DNA from: Nemertoderma westbladi
Lineage: Eukaryota; Animalia; Xenacoelomorpha
Assembly (NCBI GenBank): GCA_032718475.1
Contig: JAUCBJ010008996.1
Coordinates: 1 to 64,000, forward strand
Length of the DNA: 64,000 bases
Direction: 5' to 3'
Shown: one piece after another, positions 48,579-60,039 of the stretch
Position numbering within the stretch: the first letter of the stretch is position 1
Layout: every line of letters begins with the position of its first letter
The notes under the pieces: model-generated
Database searches by the model: none
What the model was told of the DNA's origin: nothing
What the model saw: only the letters and a program-made list of their open reading frames with translations
Program-made: the position numbers and the translations under genes

Positions 48579-51500
48579 TGTGCCGACGTTTATAGACTCC
48601 TTTCCTACTTATAGACTGTGCCGACGTTTATAGACTCCTTTCCTACTTATAGACTTAAAGACTCCTTAACTACAGTAGAGATATATAATGGACCTTGATT
48701 ATATGCTTTATGGCCTTATTGCACACATACCGTACTTACCTACCGGTACAGTACAAAATGCCTTCTTACCTGTCATGCCTGTCAGTCTGTATGCCGACCT
48801 ACCTGCCGACCTATTATATTTCAGTACTTATTATATTATACAGTCCACAAGTTATGCCTACCTTTTCTCTTACCAACCTTTGGCGTTGCCACACTCTTCG
48901 AACCGGATTACTGCGATGAACCTTTCGATTTCACCTTACCGGTATACTGTAACAGTATAAACTCGATCAACATCCTCGGAATTTCATACTTGGATAACCG
49001 TTAACAGTACGTCCTGCCATTTTACATTCCTTTACCGGTACAGCAATCGGCCTACACTTTACCTACCGAACCTCCATAACGGTAACTGATGTGGTATTCG
49101 GTACCGGTATTATAGAATAGCCTACCTAATTATGTCAGATTTCGAAAACGATACCACATTGCCAGCTACCGGTACACCGCCTACCGGTATCCCGGAAGTT
49201 GCCAATTTAAGGCTGCAATTAGATACAGAACGTACGCGCTGTAGACGTTTTATAGCTGATTTGAGTGCTGTCCGTGACCTTGGAGATAGAGCCGACTCGG
49301 ATGACCTCGCCTATAGGATCAACCGACTTGAAACTCAGCGTTCTGCCTTGAACCATGTAATTTCACAAACTTTAGAAGTCGATACCGACAGCCAGTTTGG
49401 GGAAGGGAGTACCCCAAATCGGGCTGGACATGCGCCCCTTGATCGTGTTATCTTTGATCAGATGGATGAGTTGTTGTTTAAGTCACAGCGTCTCCTTACT
49501 CGTCTCGATCGTGCCTCAGACCGCACTGATAATAATTCAATATCTTCATCAGACTCTAGGCCGCAGGAACATATTCAAGGCCTACCTAAAATTCAGGTAC
49601 CTCGTTTTAATGGAGATTTTATTCAATGGCGCCCTTTTTGGGACCAATTCAGTGTATTAGTGCACGAAACCAGCCTACCAGATATTAAGAAATTCGTGTA
49701 CCTCCGCCACTCTCTACAGGGTGAAGCTAAGGATGCCCTAGCTGGCATATCTGCTTCTGCCTGCAATTACCAGCTTTCCATTGATCTTTTGAAACAAAGA
49801 TACGGGAATCCGCATCATCTTATTGGGTTGTATGCATCCCGAATTTGTAGCCTGCCTGCTATCATAGCTAATGATGTAGGTTCCTTTCGTAGGACTATTG
49901 ATATATTCCAGGGTTCTCTCCGCGAAATTCAGACACTGGCCTCTGAGATTGAACCTTCCAGCCAGCCACAAAATAGTACCCAATCCTCTGGATTAACTTC
50001 TTTATTACTGGCCCCATTGCTCATTCAGAAGCTTCCTAATGAGGTTGTACTTGAATGGAACCGCAGCCATACTACTGATCGTTTTGATCTAACTGAGCTT
50101 CTTAAGTTTGTTCGTATAGAGCTGGAAACTCGAGAGGCTATGGCCTTTAAACCTCCAAATAATTCTACCCCCAAACCTACTGCAGATTCTAAGCAGAGAT
50201 TTTCCAGCCATAATCGTATTGAATTTCAGCGATCTACTGTATCTGCATTGCCTGTCTCTGAACGTCATTCTTGCCTAGCCTGTGGTGGTAAACCACATAG
50301 TATGAAACTCTGTTCTGCCTTCCTAAGTAAATCACCGGAAGATCGTTCAGCTTTAATTAGATCTTCACATTTGTGCCATAATTGCCTTGGTCCACATAAA
50401 ACTGCCAGTTGCCCTTCAACCGCCAAATGTCGCAGTTGTGGTAAATCTCATCACTCCTTATTATGCTATAGTCAGAAATCAGGCGTGTCTAGTTCTTCTG
50501 CCGCCAATACCACTAATAGTCGACCTGATAAACCTATTAGCTATCAACCGCCTACTTCTTGGCAACCTAGTTCAGCATCCATTGATCCCGCAAATTCGGC
50601 TACAGACTTGGAACCTTATACTGTATTTGTTAAGATAGCAAGGGCTTTTATTTCTTCGCCAAACTCAGACACTGGTGTTTGGATTCATGTGTATCTCGAC
50701 GATGGGTCCAAACGTTCCTATATTCGTGGTAGCACTGCCTCTCATATTGGTCTACCTGCTAGCCAGTCCCGTACCTTAACCACCGGATCCTTTGGGGAAC
50801 AGGTATATTCTCAACTATCCCATTGTGTATCCTTTGACCTAAGGAGTACTTTCTCTCCACAACCTATCACATTGATGGCTTGGACCACTGAGAGACTTTG
50901 TCCAGACATGCGACAGGAACGTCTTCTATACCTTCCCAGTCAGATCGCTCATCTTGGTCCTTGGGCCGATTCTTTTGATGGGAACAACCGCACCATCGAC
51001 CTCATGATCGGAGCTGATCAACTTTGGTCAGTAACTGGTCAACCTTTGATAGTTCCAGGTTTACCTACTGCCATATCTACCTTTTTTGGTTATGTCCTTT
51101 CTGGACCAATGAATTCTTTATCTAATATTGACCATATATCTAGTCCTTCACTCTTTGTTTCCGAGTTGGATGACGATATTACTCGACTATGGAGCCTTGA
51201 GTCAGTTGGTATCAAGGAATACCCAATTGAATCAGATCCTGCTTATACTGTACCTTGCCGTTCTCAGGAAAATCCCTTGCGGTATCAGGTCTGCCTTCCC
51301 TTTAAAAGCAGCCGTCGCCCTACCTGTAATCGTTCCTTTGTAGAACGTTATCAGCCTCATGTAATATCTAAACTAACACCTAGCTTATCTACCATCTATT
51401 CCGAAAAAATACAGAAGCTCCTCATTGATGGTATTGCTGAGAAGGCATCTACCCCTCCAGATGTTGGCTTCTACCTGCCCCACCATAGTGTATCCACGCC

Positions 51501-54500
51501 TAAGTTTCGTGTAGTCTTTAATGGATCTAGCACTGACTGCAAAGGTGTCAGTCTCAACTCTTGCTTAGATCCTGGCCCCAACCTTTTGGCCCCATTGACT
51601 GATATACTACTTCGCTTTCGTCTTCGCCCATTTATTGTAGTGGCTGATGTAGTCGCAGCCTTCCACCAGGTCGAACTTCACCCCTCAGATAGACTTTGGG
51701 TTAAGTTTCTTTGGAAAGGTGGATATTACCAGTTCAAACGTGTCCCTTTCGGATTGGCATCTAGTTCCTATCACCTTCATTCTACCGTTCTATCCCATAT
51801 CTACCAGAATGCTGATCCCACCTTTGCCCGCCAGTTGGTTGAATCACTCCTTTGTGATGATGTTGTCTGGAGTGGAGATTCCCAATACGAAGCAGACAAG
51901 TTCCTTCATGATTCTGTTTGTCTGTTTAGCAATGCTGCGATGGAGCTTAAGGTCATTGATTCCCCTTGTAAGGTTCTTGGCCTATCATTAGATCCGACAC
52001 TTGACATAATCTATGTTAATACTAGTGTTATCAAACCACCCACCATCTTTAACCGCCGGGAACTGCTTCGTTCTCTAGCCAAAGTCTTTGACCCTCTTGG
52101 TTTATTGTGTCCTTGGACTATTCGCCCCCGTCTTCTACTTCAACGTTCCTGGAAAGTGGGTGGAGGTTGGAATACTCCTTTACCTATTGATTTACAATCT
52201 GAGTGGTTGTCCTGGTCTAAAGAAGCTGACCAGATAGTTACTTTTCCAAGGTGTGTTCATATCACCCCATCCTCTCACCTTCACATATTTTGTGATAGCT
52301 CATCTCATGCCTATGGTTTCTTGGCATATGTTGTCCAGCCTAGACTTCAGTCTTTCTTGTATTACGGCAAATCTCGTGCAGCACCTTTGAAGCCAACCCA
52401 CTCAACCCCTCGTTTAGAACTACTGGCTGCCCTTATTGGTGCTCGATTCCTCCACCATGTGCAATCAGCTATCGTTCAACCAGACCATGTGCATCTTTGG
52501 ACTGATTCCTTGTGTGTCCTCTATTGGATCCGTAAAGGTGTTGCGAAACGGGATGTCTTTGTATCCAACCGCCTCCAAGAGATTGCGACTCTTTCTTTAC
52601 CAACCCAATGGCGATATGTGCCTACCACCTTGAATCCTGCTGATTTACCTTCCCGTGGCACCCATCTTTCTACACTGTGCAACAGTGATTTGTACCGCCA
52701 TGGTCCTGCTTACATCACTGAACCTGAAAGCCATTGGCCTCAAGTTCCCACGCCACCGCCTCAACTTCTTACAGTAGAAGTTCCTGATCCATTATTGGAT
52801 TGCCCTATTGATATTTCACGTTTCTCCGACATTACCCATGCTATACGTGTTGCGGCTTGGGTTTTTCGTTTTGTGTCCAATACCCGACCGGGTTCCTGCC
52901 CAGTTTCTGGATTTCCCTGGGCAACTGAGCTGACTCATGCTTTACACTTCCTAATTCGTGTTGAGCAACATAAATATTTCGCTGGGGAAGTCACATCCCT
53001 TACCAAGAATCCTGATCAGCTGATCACTAGGAGTTCCCCACTTTGGCGATTTCACCCTCTCCTGAAAGATGGAATCCTTGTATTTATACCTCGGACTGGT
53101 GAGATCCCATTAATATTGCTTCCCCAACGTAGCCACTTAACATACCTTATTGTTCAGCAAACCCACCAAGTCCTTCAACACCAAGGCCCTGAGGCAACAT
53201 TGTCTCAGATTCGTATCCGCTATTGGATACCTAAGGGTCGCTCCTTGGTCCGTAAGATTGTCCATGGATGCCCTCGTTGTCAACGCTATCGTGCTGTTGC
53301 ATACAAACCCCCTGAATCAAGTCTGCCATCATTTCGTTCTACTGCTTTAGCTCCCTTCCAGACTACTGGTATTGATTTTTTGGGACCTCTTTATACTACT
53401 GGGAAAGTCAAGGTTTGGGTAGCCTTATTCACTTGTGCCTGCATTCGTGCTATCAGCCTTGAACCTGTTGACAATCTTAAGTCACAATCTGCATATCTTG
53501 CAGTGCGTAAGTTTCTTGCTCGCCGGGTCCCACCTTTTCAGATGGTAGAGTTCCGCTCTGATAATGCCAAGACGTTTCTTTCCCTCAGTACCATGCGCTT
53601 CCCATCTCATGTCATTACTTGGAGATTTATTCCTGCCCGCTCGCCACATTGGGGTGGCTATTGGGAGCGTCTGGTTCGTTCTGTGAAGACCTGCCTTCGA
53701 ACTGTTTGTCACGGTACTGTTCTATCTCGGCCTGAACTGGATGCCTTCCTCGCTGAGACGGAGTCGGTTCTTAACCAGAGGCCACTTACTGCTGCTTCAT
53801 CCGATCCATCTGATCACCCTCCCATAACACCTGCCAACTTTATCTATGGTGCTCCACCTCCTGTATCAACTGTTGATGCTGATGCCATAGATGCACCTCT
53901 GATTCGCTCTGCCTTGTATAAGCGTGATAAAGCCAACCGCCTTTTTTGGAAGCTGTGGTCGCATGACTATCTGTCCTCTTTGCGCACTTGGCGCACTGCT
54001 GGTAGTGGTCATGGCAAACTACCCGCCATTGGTGACATTGTATTCGTTCGCGAGTCTCTTCCCAAGGGCCGTGGCTGGACTCCCCGCGGCCAATGGCCAA
54101 TTGGCCGCATCACCCAAATCTTTATTGGGAAAGATGGTTATCCACATTCTGTTGAACTAAAACTCCGTGGCCGTACGACAACTCGCGCTGCGCACTTGCT
54201 TGTACCACTCGAATGTGACTCGCCTTACATTTACAACCGTGACCGTGGGGGCTTGCATCAGCCAGCCACTCATGGCTCTCCCAACCGTGGGGGCACTACT
54301 GTTGTTGACTCGCACCACCCCCTACCCATCAATTCGGCGCCACCTGGGGACAATCATGAAGTTTCTGCACCCCACCCATTGGATGTGTCTCCAGGCATCT
54401 ACCCCTCCAGATGTTGGCTTCTACCTGCCCCACCATAGTGTATCCACGCCTAAGTTTCGTGTAGTCTTTAATGGATCTAGCAAGGATCTAACAAGTTATG

Positions 54501-54537
54501 CCTACCTTTTCTCTTACCAACCTTTGGCGTTGCCACA
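48579..54537 (+). mobile_element. BEL/Pao LTR retrotransposon with TG...CA termini and 5-bp TSD GACAT
   Basis: GACAT at 48574-48578 and 54538-54542. The 5' LTR spans 48579-48893; its last 47 bp recur at 54491-54537. There is a single gag-pol ORF. Confidence 0.93.
49132..54438 (+). CDS. BEL/Pao gag-pol polyprotein (gag with three Cys/His knuckles, aspartic protease, RT, RNase H, integrase)
   Basis: LPKIQVPRFNGDFIQWRPFWDQF...KKFVYLRHSLQGEA (BEL gag); CxxC..H knuckles; LDDGSKRSY protease; FYLPHH...KFRVVFNGS...SLNSCLDPGPNL...ADV..AFHQV...RVPFGLASS...LCDD RT; HIFCDSS...TPRLEL...WTDS...NPAD RNase H; H..H...CxxC, GIDFLGP, SDNA and WERLV integrase. Confidence 0.95.
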   Translation: MSDFENDTTLPATGTPPTGIPEVANLRLQLDTERTRCRRFIADLSAVRDLGDRADSDDLAYRINRLETQRSALNHVISQTLEVDTDSQFGEGSTPNRAGHAPLDRVIFDQMDELLFKSQRLLTRLDRASDRTDNNSISSSDSRPQEHIQGLPKIQVPRFNGDFIQWRPFWDQFSVLVHETSLPDIKKFVYLRHSLQGEAKDALAGISASACNYQLSIDLLKQRYGNPHHLIGLYASRICSLPAIIANDVGSFRRTIDIFQGSLREIQTLASEIEPSSQPQNSTQSSGLTSLLLAPLLIQKLPNEVVLEWNRSHTTDRFDLTELLKFVRIELETREAMAFKPPNNSTPKPTADSKQRFSSHNRIEFQRSTVSALPVSERHSCLACGGKPHSMKLCSAFLSKSPEDRSALIRSSHLCHNCLGPHKTASCPSTAKCRSCGKSHHSLLCYSQKSGVSSSSAANTTNSRPDKPISYQPPTSWQPSSASIDPANSATDLEPYTVFVKIARAFISSPNSDTGVWIHVYLDDGSKRSYIRGSTASHIGLPASQSRTLTTGSFGEQVYSQLSHCVSFDLRSTFSPQPITLMAWTTERLCPDMRQERLLYLPSQIAHLGPWADSFDGNNRTIDLMIGADQLWSVTGQPLIVPGLPTAISTFFGYVLSGPMNSLSNIDHISSPSLFVSELDDDITRLWSLESVGIKEYPIESDPAYTVPCRSQENPLRYQVCLPFKSSRRPTCNRSFVERYQPHVISKLTPSLSTIYSEKIQKLLIDGIAEKASTPPDVGFYLPHHSVSTPKFRVVFNGSSTDCKGVSLNSCLDPGPNLLAPLTDILLRFRLRPFIVVADVVAAFHQVELHPSDRLWVKFLWKGGYYQFKRVPFGLASSSYHLHSTVLSHIYQNADPTFARQLVESLLCDDVVWSGDSQYEADKFLHDSVCLFSNAAMELKVIDSPCKVLGLSLDPTLDIIYVNTSVIKPPTIFNRRELLRSLAKVFDPLGLLCPWTIRPRLLLQRSWKVGGGWNTPLPIDLQSEWLSWSKEADQIVTFPRCVHITPSSHLHIFCDSSSHAYGFLAYVVQPRLQSFLYYGKSRAAPLKPTHSTPRLELLAALIGARFLHHVQSAIVQPDHVHLWTDSLCVLYWIRKGVAKRDVFVSNRLQEIATLSLPTQWRYVPTTLNPADLPSRGTHLSTLCNSDLYRHGPAYITEPESHWPQVPTPPPQLLTVEVPDPLLDCPIDISRFSDITHAIRVAAWVFRFVSNTRPGSCPVSGFPWATELTHALHFLIRVEQHKYFAGEVTSLTKNPDQLITRSSPLWRFHPLLKDGILVFIPRTGEIPLILLPQRSHLTYLIVQQTHQVLQHQGPEATLSQIRIRYWIPKGRSLVRKIVHGCPRCQRYRAVAYKPPESSLPSFRSTALAPFQTTGIDFLGPLYTTGKVKVWVALFTCACIRAISLEPVDNLKSQSAYLAVRKFLARRVPPFQMVEFRSDNAKTFLSLSTMRFPSHVITWRFIPARSPHWGGYWERLVRSVKTCLRTVCHGTVLSRPELDAFLAETESVLNQRPLTAASSDPSDHPPITPANFIYGAPPPVSTVDADAIDAPLIRSALYKRDKANRLFWKLWSHDYLSSLRTWRTAGSGHGKLPAIGDIVFVRESLPKGRGWTPRGQWPIGRITQIFIGKDGYPHSVELKLRGRTTTRAAHLLVPLECDSPYIYNRDRGGLHQPATHGSPNRGGTTVVDSHHPLPINSAPPGDNHEVSAPHPLDVSPGIYPSRCWLLPAPP

Positions 54538-55048
54538 GACATTATTTCTGATCGAAGTGAAAAAGAAACCACAGAAATGACAGCATTTCTTTGGAAGTGA
54601 AAAAGAACCCACAGAAATGACAGCATTTCTGATCGAAGTGAAAAAGAAAGCACATAAATGACAGCATTTCTTTGGAAGTGAAAAAGAACCCACAGAAATG
54701 ACAGCATTTCTGATCGAAGTGAAAAAGAAACCACAAATATGACAGCATTTCTGATGGAAGTGAAAAAGAACCCACAGAAATGACATCATTTCTGATCGAA
54801 GTGAAAAAGAAACCACAGAAATGACAGCATTTCTGAGGCAAGAGAAAAAGAAACCACAGAAATGACAGCATTTCTGAGGGAAGTGAAAAAGAACCCGCAG
54901 AAATGACAACATTTCTGATCGAAGTGAAAAAGAACCCACAGAAATGACAGCATTTCTGATGGAAGTGAAAAAGAAACCACATAAATGGCATTTATGATCG
55001 AAGTGAAAAAGAATCCACAGAAATGACAGCATTTCTGTGGGAAGTGAA
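54538..55048. repeat. ~40-bp satellite, right part (resumes after the BEL insertion)
   Basis: Same monomers as 43167-48578. Confidence 0.95.
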
Positions 55049-55615
55049 TATTACTTATGGAGAACTTACCTTTAGTATTCTGACAACAACTCCGATATCG
55101 AAATAAGACAAAGTGAATTATATTTCATCGTTCCACATGTACAGTACATATAATCCTACAATACCGGTAACGTTTCAAAGGGGGGAGTCAACCAGATGTT
55201 AATCCTACTATAATTATTAGTTCATTCGAATGTACAAGTTTATAGTCATCCTAGTAAGCTTATGCCTATGTACCGAACTAGGAAGGCCTTCAGAGGATTC
55301 CAGATAATGATCACTACATAGAAAAGGCCTTTAGTAGAAAATGGGCTTCATCCTTGCATCAAGCACATGGCGACGGATGAAATAATGGTAGCGGTATGAT
55401 AACCTTGCTTACTCTATTCTGGGAAATTTTCATCTGCCGTTGTTCCAACTCATAGATATACTGTACTACAGTATATAGCGATGCTATATTCTATCATAAA
55501 CGCATACATCAAATGCGTGGCGAAAGGCGACTGGGTGTAACTTTTCGCCGTATCCGTATGCATTTGCCGTATCCGCATTTGCCGCTATCTTTTGTCAAAA
55601 TAAACAATGCAGGAC

Positions 55616-56148
55616 AGGTCCAGGATGAGTGACAGCCGGTGTCCGCCAGCCCCGGGATGCGCCAGCAGTGCAGTACCTATTAACCAGTTAACTCTTCTTG
55701 ACGCCGCTTGGAAAACTAACCAACCGTGATTTATTTTTGAACTGTTTTTCCACCAACCTGGCTATAGAATGTTGTTGGTTGCTACAGTATATGGCACTAA
55801 CATAGTATAGACTGATAGAAGCAGCAATGAGAATGCTAAGGGAATAAACATTCGCACAGATATTGAAAACCGTCGTGTCAGTCTGTCCTTCTTTGTGAAT
55901 TTATTAACATATAATATACCTTTACTTTCGCTGTTTCGGGGCCATTATATAGTTAACCATATGCAGCCAAGTGCCAACAAGTCCAACCTAGTGCCAGTTA
56001 AGTCAAACCACGTGTCAGCGAGTGCAGCCGGGTGCCAGTAATTAATCTAAGTCCAACCGGGCGGCCAGGTGTCAGTTAGTACAATAAAACAAGCGCTGTG
56101 GCGCATCCCGGGGCTGAACGGACATCATCTGTCACTCATCCTGGACCT
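55616..56148. mobile_element. MITE with ~50-bp terminal inverted repeats
   Basis: AGGTCCAGGATGAGTGACAG...GCCCCGGGATGCGCCA vs TGGCGCATCCCGGGGC...CTGTCACTCATCCTGGACCT. The TSD is unclear. Confidence 0.75.
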
Positions 56149-59029
56149 ACAATGTTTATTTGCCATTAGGTAGCGGCAGCCGCACTCTTTAAATCATATC
56201 GCTTTTAAGTAGGCCTACCTGTCTTCAGTCTGCATGTGTGCTATGCACTTCTTACTGGTCCGCACCCCCCTGTCTCGTAAAGTTACGTAATTTTACGAAA
56301 AGAAATGTAATTGAATTTTGCTTGAAGACTCTTGGTTTGAGGGTACTTGAAATTACATGTGTTCATTGGTTGGAGGGTTATTTCAATTACCGTACATGGT
56401 GAAGTGTTCATTGTTTACTTATTTTATTCTTCATATTTGAAGAATAATGGTGAATGTTGTTATAATTATTATTCTGTGCTATGCCCGTTTTCCAAATGTA
56501 TGTATATTTGTGTGGGTGTGGGGTGGGGGGGGGGGGGGATAATAAATTAATCTCAACTGGCCACATTTACATTATTAATAAAATTGCATGAAATTACATT
56601 TGAATTTATTCAATAAATATGTTTATGTTACAAATGATTTATGCGGTGCAGTAGTTCAAAAGGGACTGTTACACACTAGACTGGGCCAAATATATAGGTA
56701 AAAAATAATTGTTTTCTTAGATTTGTATATAAGTTAAAGTTATACATATTGTTCCTTTTTCGCTAAATAAATGATCATGGCAAATTTGCATGAAATTAAA
56801 TTTTAATTTAGTCAATAAATTTGTTTATGTTACAAATGATAAAGGGGTAGTTCACACAGTTACACAAAAATATAGGTAAAACAGGCTCATTCGCCCTGAA
56901 ATAGTCAATTTAGTAGGTGTAAAGTCTAAACACACACCTTCAAAGTACAGTAGAGTGATATGATCGAGTTTTTCCACAAAGGATAAGGCCAAGTGAACTC
57001 TATCATGGAAGACTGAATCGGCCTATGCCTTTTGTGCACCAACTCAATAACATTATAAACTCTTTTGAGGTGTTTTCACTTTACACAAACTTATTATATT
57101 GCAAGTCGAATGAGCATGTTGTAAATTATCTAAGGTTTTGTATTTGGTGATAAGTCTCTAATTTCATATCATGTTAAGCCGGCCTGCACCTCTTGGGAAA
57201 TATCTCAGGAACTACAGTAGGCCCTACAGTACTGTAATCACTACAGTATTAATTTGAAGGTGCATTTGAATTTGATTTAGTGTACATTAGAAGTGTCATA
57301 TTTAGTGGTTATGTATAAATCGATGTGACGCGATGATGTTGAATTGAACATGACAAAGCCTTTTGTACAATATCTTCAACATTATTCACTCTGCTACTAT
57401 TTTGAAAGTGTCTAAACACCGACATCGATCATTGTGGACTAAATAAGTGACCAACAAGTGATGGCTGGCATAAGTACTGAAGAAGTATCATTGACACGAG
57501 ATATTAATTCGATCACTAAGATGGGATTTGCATAAAGTTTACCCCCCCCCCCCCCCCCCCCACCCCCCCTGTTTCCAAATGGAAGTATGATATTCTCTGA
57601 ATTCAATCCTAACAGTTTTGAAGCCAAACTTACAGTTCTTTTCTATGGATGAAATTGTACGATTCTGCCATTTTAAATACAGTAAATAAAAATAGTTTTT
57701 TTTAAATACTCTGAGGTGCTTTTCTAAGCATGGCTGAGTGCACCGCATGAATCTTTTTTAATTATAATTGTATAATACATATTTGTGTTTTCTTTTAATG
57801 TGATCAGATGAATAATAAACATATTTGAATATAAAGGAATCAAATATACAATATGATTTATTTTAATTTACAGCTGGATGCTTTTCTACCGCCACAGAAC
57901 GGTCTTCATGTACCTTATAAAATATTTTGTTGACATAAATTGATGAAGACATCTGACTCTGAAAATGTGCAGTTGACGTCACACATGACAGCGTATTACA
58001 GTATTATTGCAGTTGCGTTGCAGTTGGCCTACCTAACTGTGTTTGAAGTTTTAGCACTACCCTGCACCAAGGACTACTATACTACAGGACTGGCACACCC
58101 CTTCATCCGAAGGCGAAGTCCATTGGTTTGGTATTGCTTTATACTGTTATAGACATTGTATCAAAGGAATTTCCTGAAATTTGGTACACAATCCTAATTA
58201 TTAATAACATTATATATTTTGGTGTCAAGAAATAAAGGACGAGCGCAGCGAGGCTTGTAACAAAGGGGACGAGTGTTGTGTACTAACTATTCATTATAGT
58301 CTAGAACGACCGTGTTTAGTACATTGTGCGACAACAACGATGTGAAAAGCATCCCTACTGGTAGGGGAATGACACAGATGATAACGGATTCAACTAACGG
58401 TATATTGTCACGATTGTCTCACCCCACAATATACATGGACCCCCCTCTCTCTATATTCTTTATATCTGGTCATTTACTATACTAAACAGCTAAAAGTTCT
58501 CAAGCCAGGTTCCAGGTACCACCACCACCCCCCCCCCCCCCCCAACTGCCTTTCTGATATTATTACTTTATAGGGCTATTATTATTATGCACTTTATATT
58601 ACTATTAGGTACTTACTTTATTACTAGTAGGTACTCTCTATGTTATTACTTACTATTTATTACGATAGCCGACCCAATATTCCTCACCCCTGAGTGAAAA
58701 CACATCAATGGCCCCGATACGGGCTCTTCATTAATATCAAAGTTTTTATGAGTCTCTCCTGGTTCGGACTAAACGTGTGACCCCCTGTAGGCTGTAGAGA
58801 AGTATCTCAGTTCACAGTTTGACGTGATACGAAACGATATCATATTTCCGCCTGGTATACAATAATATTTATTTATTTTGTCCCCTTCCCGTTATTCGGA
58901 GGAATTTAATTTACTAATTTAGTTTGTGCGGCCGTATCGCCAGAATGCGAGTTGCGCCGTTTCTGCCTTTCCATAGATCGCTTTTGTACTCCATTAAGAA
59001 GGGTGTTTGCTAGGATACGGCAAGCAGCC

Positions 59030-59440
59030 TATTGGTGGGAGTGGGGAGATACCGTAATAGACCGCAATATTCCAATACAAATAATTACCTTTAGCCACGT
59101 AGAAACAACGGGTTCAGTCAGCTGCAAAAAGCCCCCAATTAAATCTCGCTCATTGAGAGCCTGAAGGTGGCGTTCCTCAATGGGAGGGAGTTCTCGTGGA
59201 GTGGGGGGTCGCGGTGGAACACACGATAAGGGAAGTAGTCGCGAGATAAGGGAAGTTGGTCGCAACTCGCAAGGAACCGCCAGGGACTTTCTTGTGCGGA
59301 ATTCCCGCGGGAAACTCTGGCCAATGTTGAATACAAATGACGGCAGTGCTTCCATCTGTCCATAACTTAAACGGGGAGCCGTCATCTGCCTGCACTGCAG
59401 CTGCGTCGTGGTAGCGCGGCGATCCACTGATGGCATAATA
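59030..59440 (-). pseudogene. Frameshifted THAP-domain (P-element-like transposase N-terminus) relic
   Basis: Three successive frames give QWIAALP / AVICIQHWPEF...KKVPGGSLR / PTSL...PLSCVPPRPPTPR...ERDLIGGF, following the THAP W..A.P, C..H(W/F) and P(T/S) motif order. Confidence 0.45.
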
Positions 59441-60039
59441 TGCCTAACTGCGTAATACTGTATTAATAATAATTAACTTCTGAACTTGTTCTCTTAGTAC
59501 CGGTAGTTTAGCCTAATGTCAGAATGTTGTAATACGGTACCTTCAGATCAGACCTTAAATACCTATTACCTGATTAGGGCCTACTGACTACTGTATTATA
59601 GGTAACTAGTAGGCCTATAGTAGTTAATGTAGTAGGCCTAACTAAACCAGTAAAACTGTCAATCTGTCTGTTTCTGTGTTTGTAGGTTAAGTATACACTC
59701 AGATACCTGGATACTGGTATAATAAATCATTCTACGGTAGCAGTATTAGTATTAGTATCAGTACTATTAGTATTAGTATTAGTATCAGTAGAGCCCTATT
59801 AACTACTTATTTGCGTTGTTGAGAGCTTTAACCATTAAAACTCTTTTTTAAATATTTTAAGATTTTAATTTAATTCGCCTTAACTTAAATAAATAAATAT
59901 TTTTAATAATAATAAAAATACTACGGTACTTTAAAATGGAATTTGTTCTGTTATATTAGGTGTATTATGTATTTTTGTGTACTATGTATTTTTTTTTTTT
60001 TATTATATGATGAATATGATTGATACTAAGTGAATACTG

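Noticed and set aside
55140-57250. Frequent TACAGTA/TACTGTA resembling Tc1/mariner excision footprints
   Set aside because: AT-rich 7-mers are expected often by chance, and enrichment cannot be established without counting against a background model.
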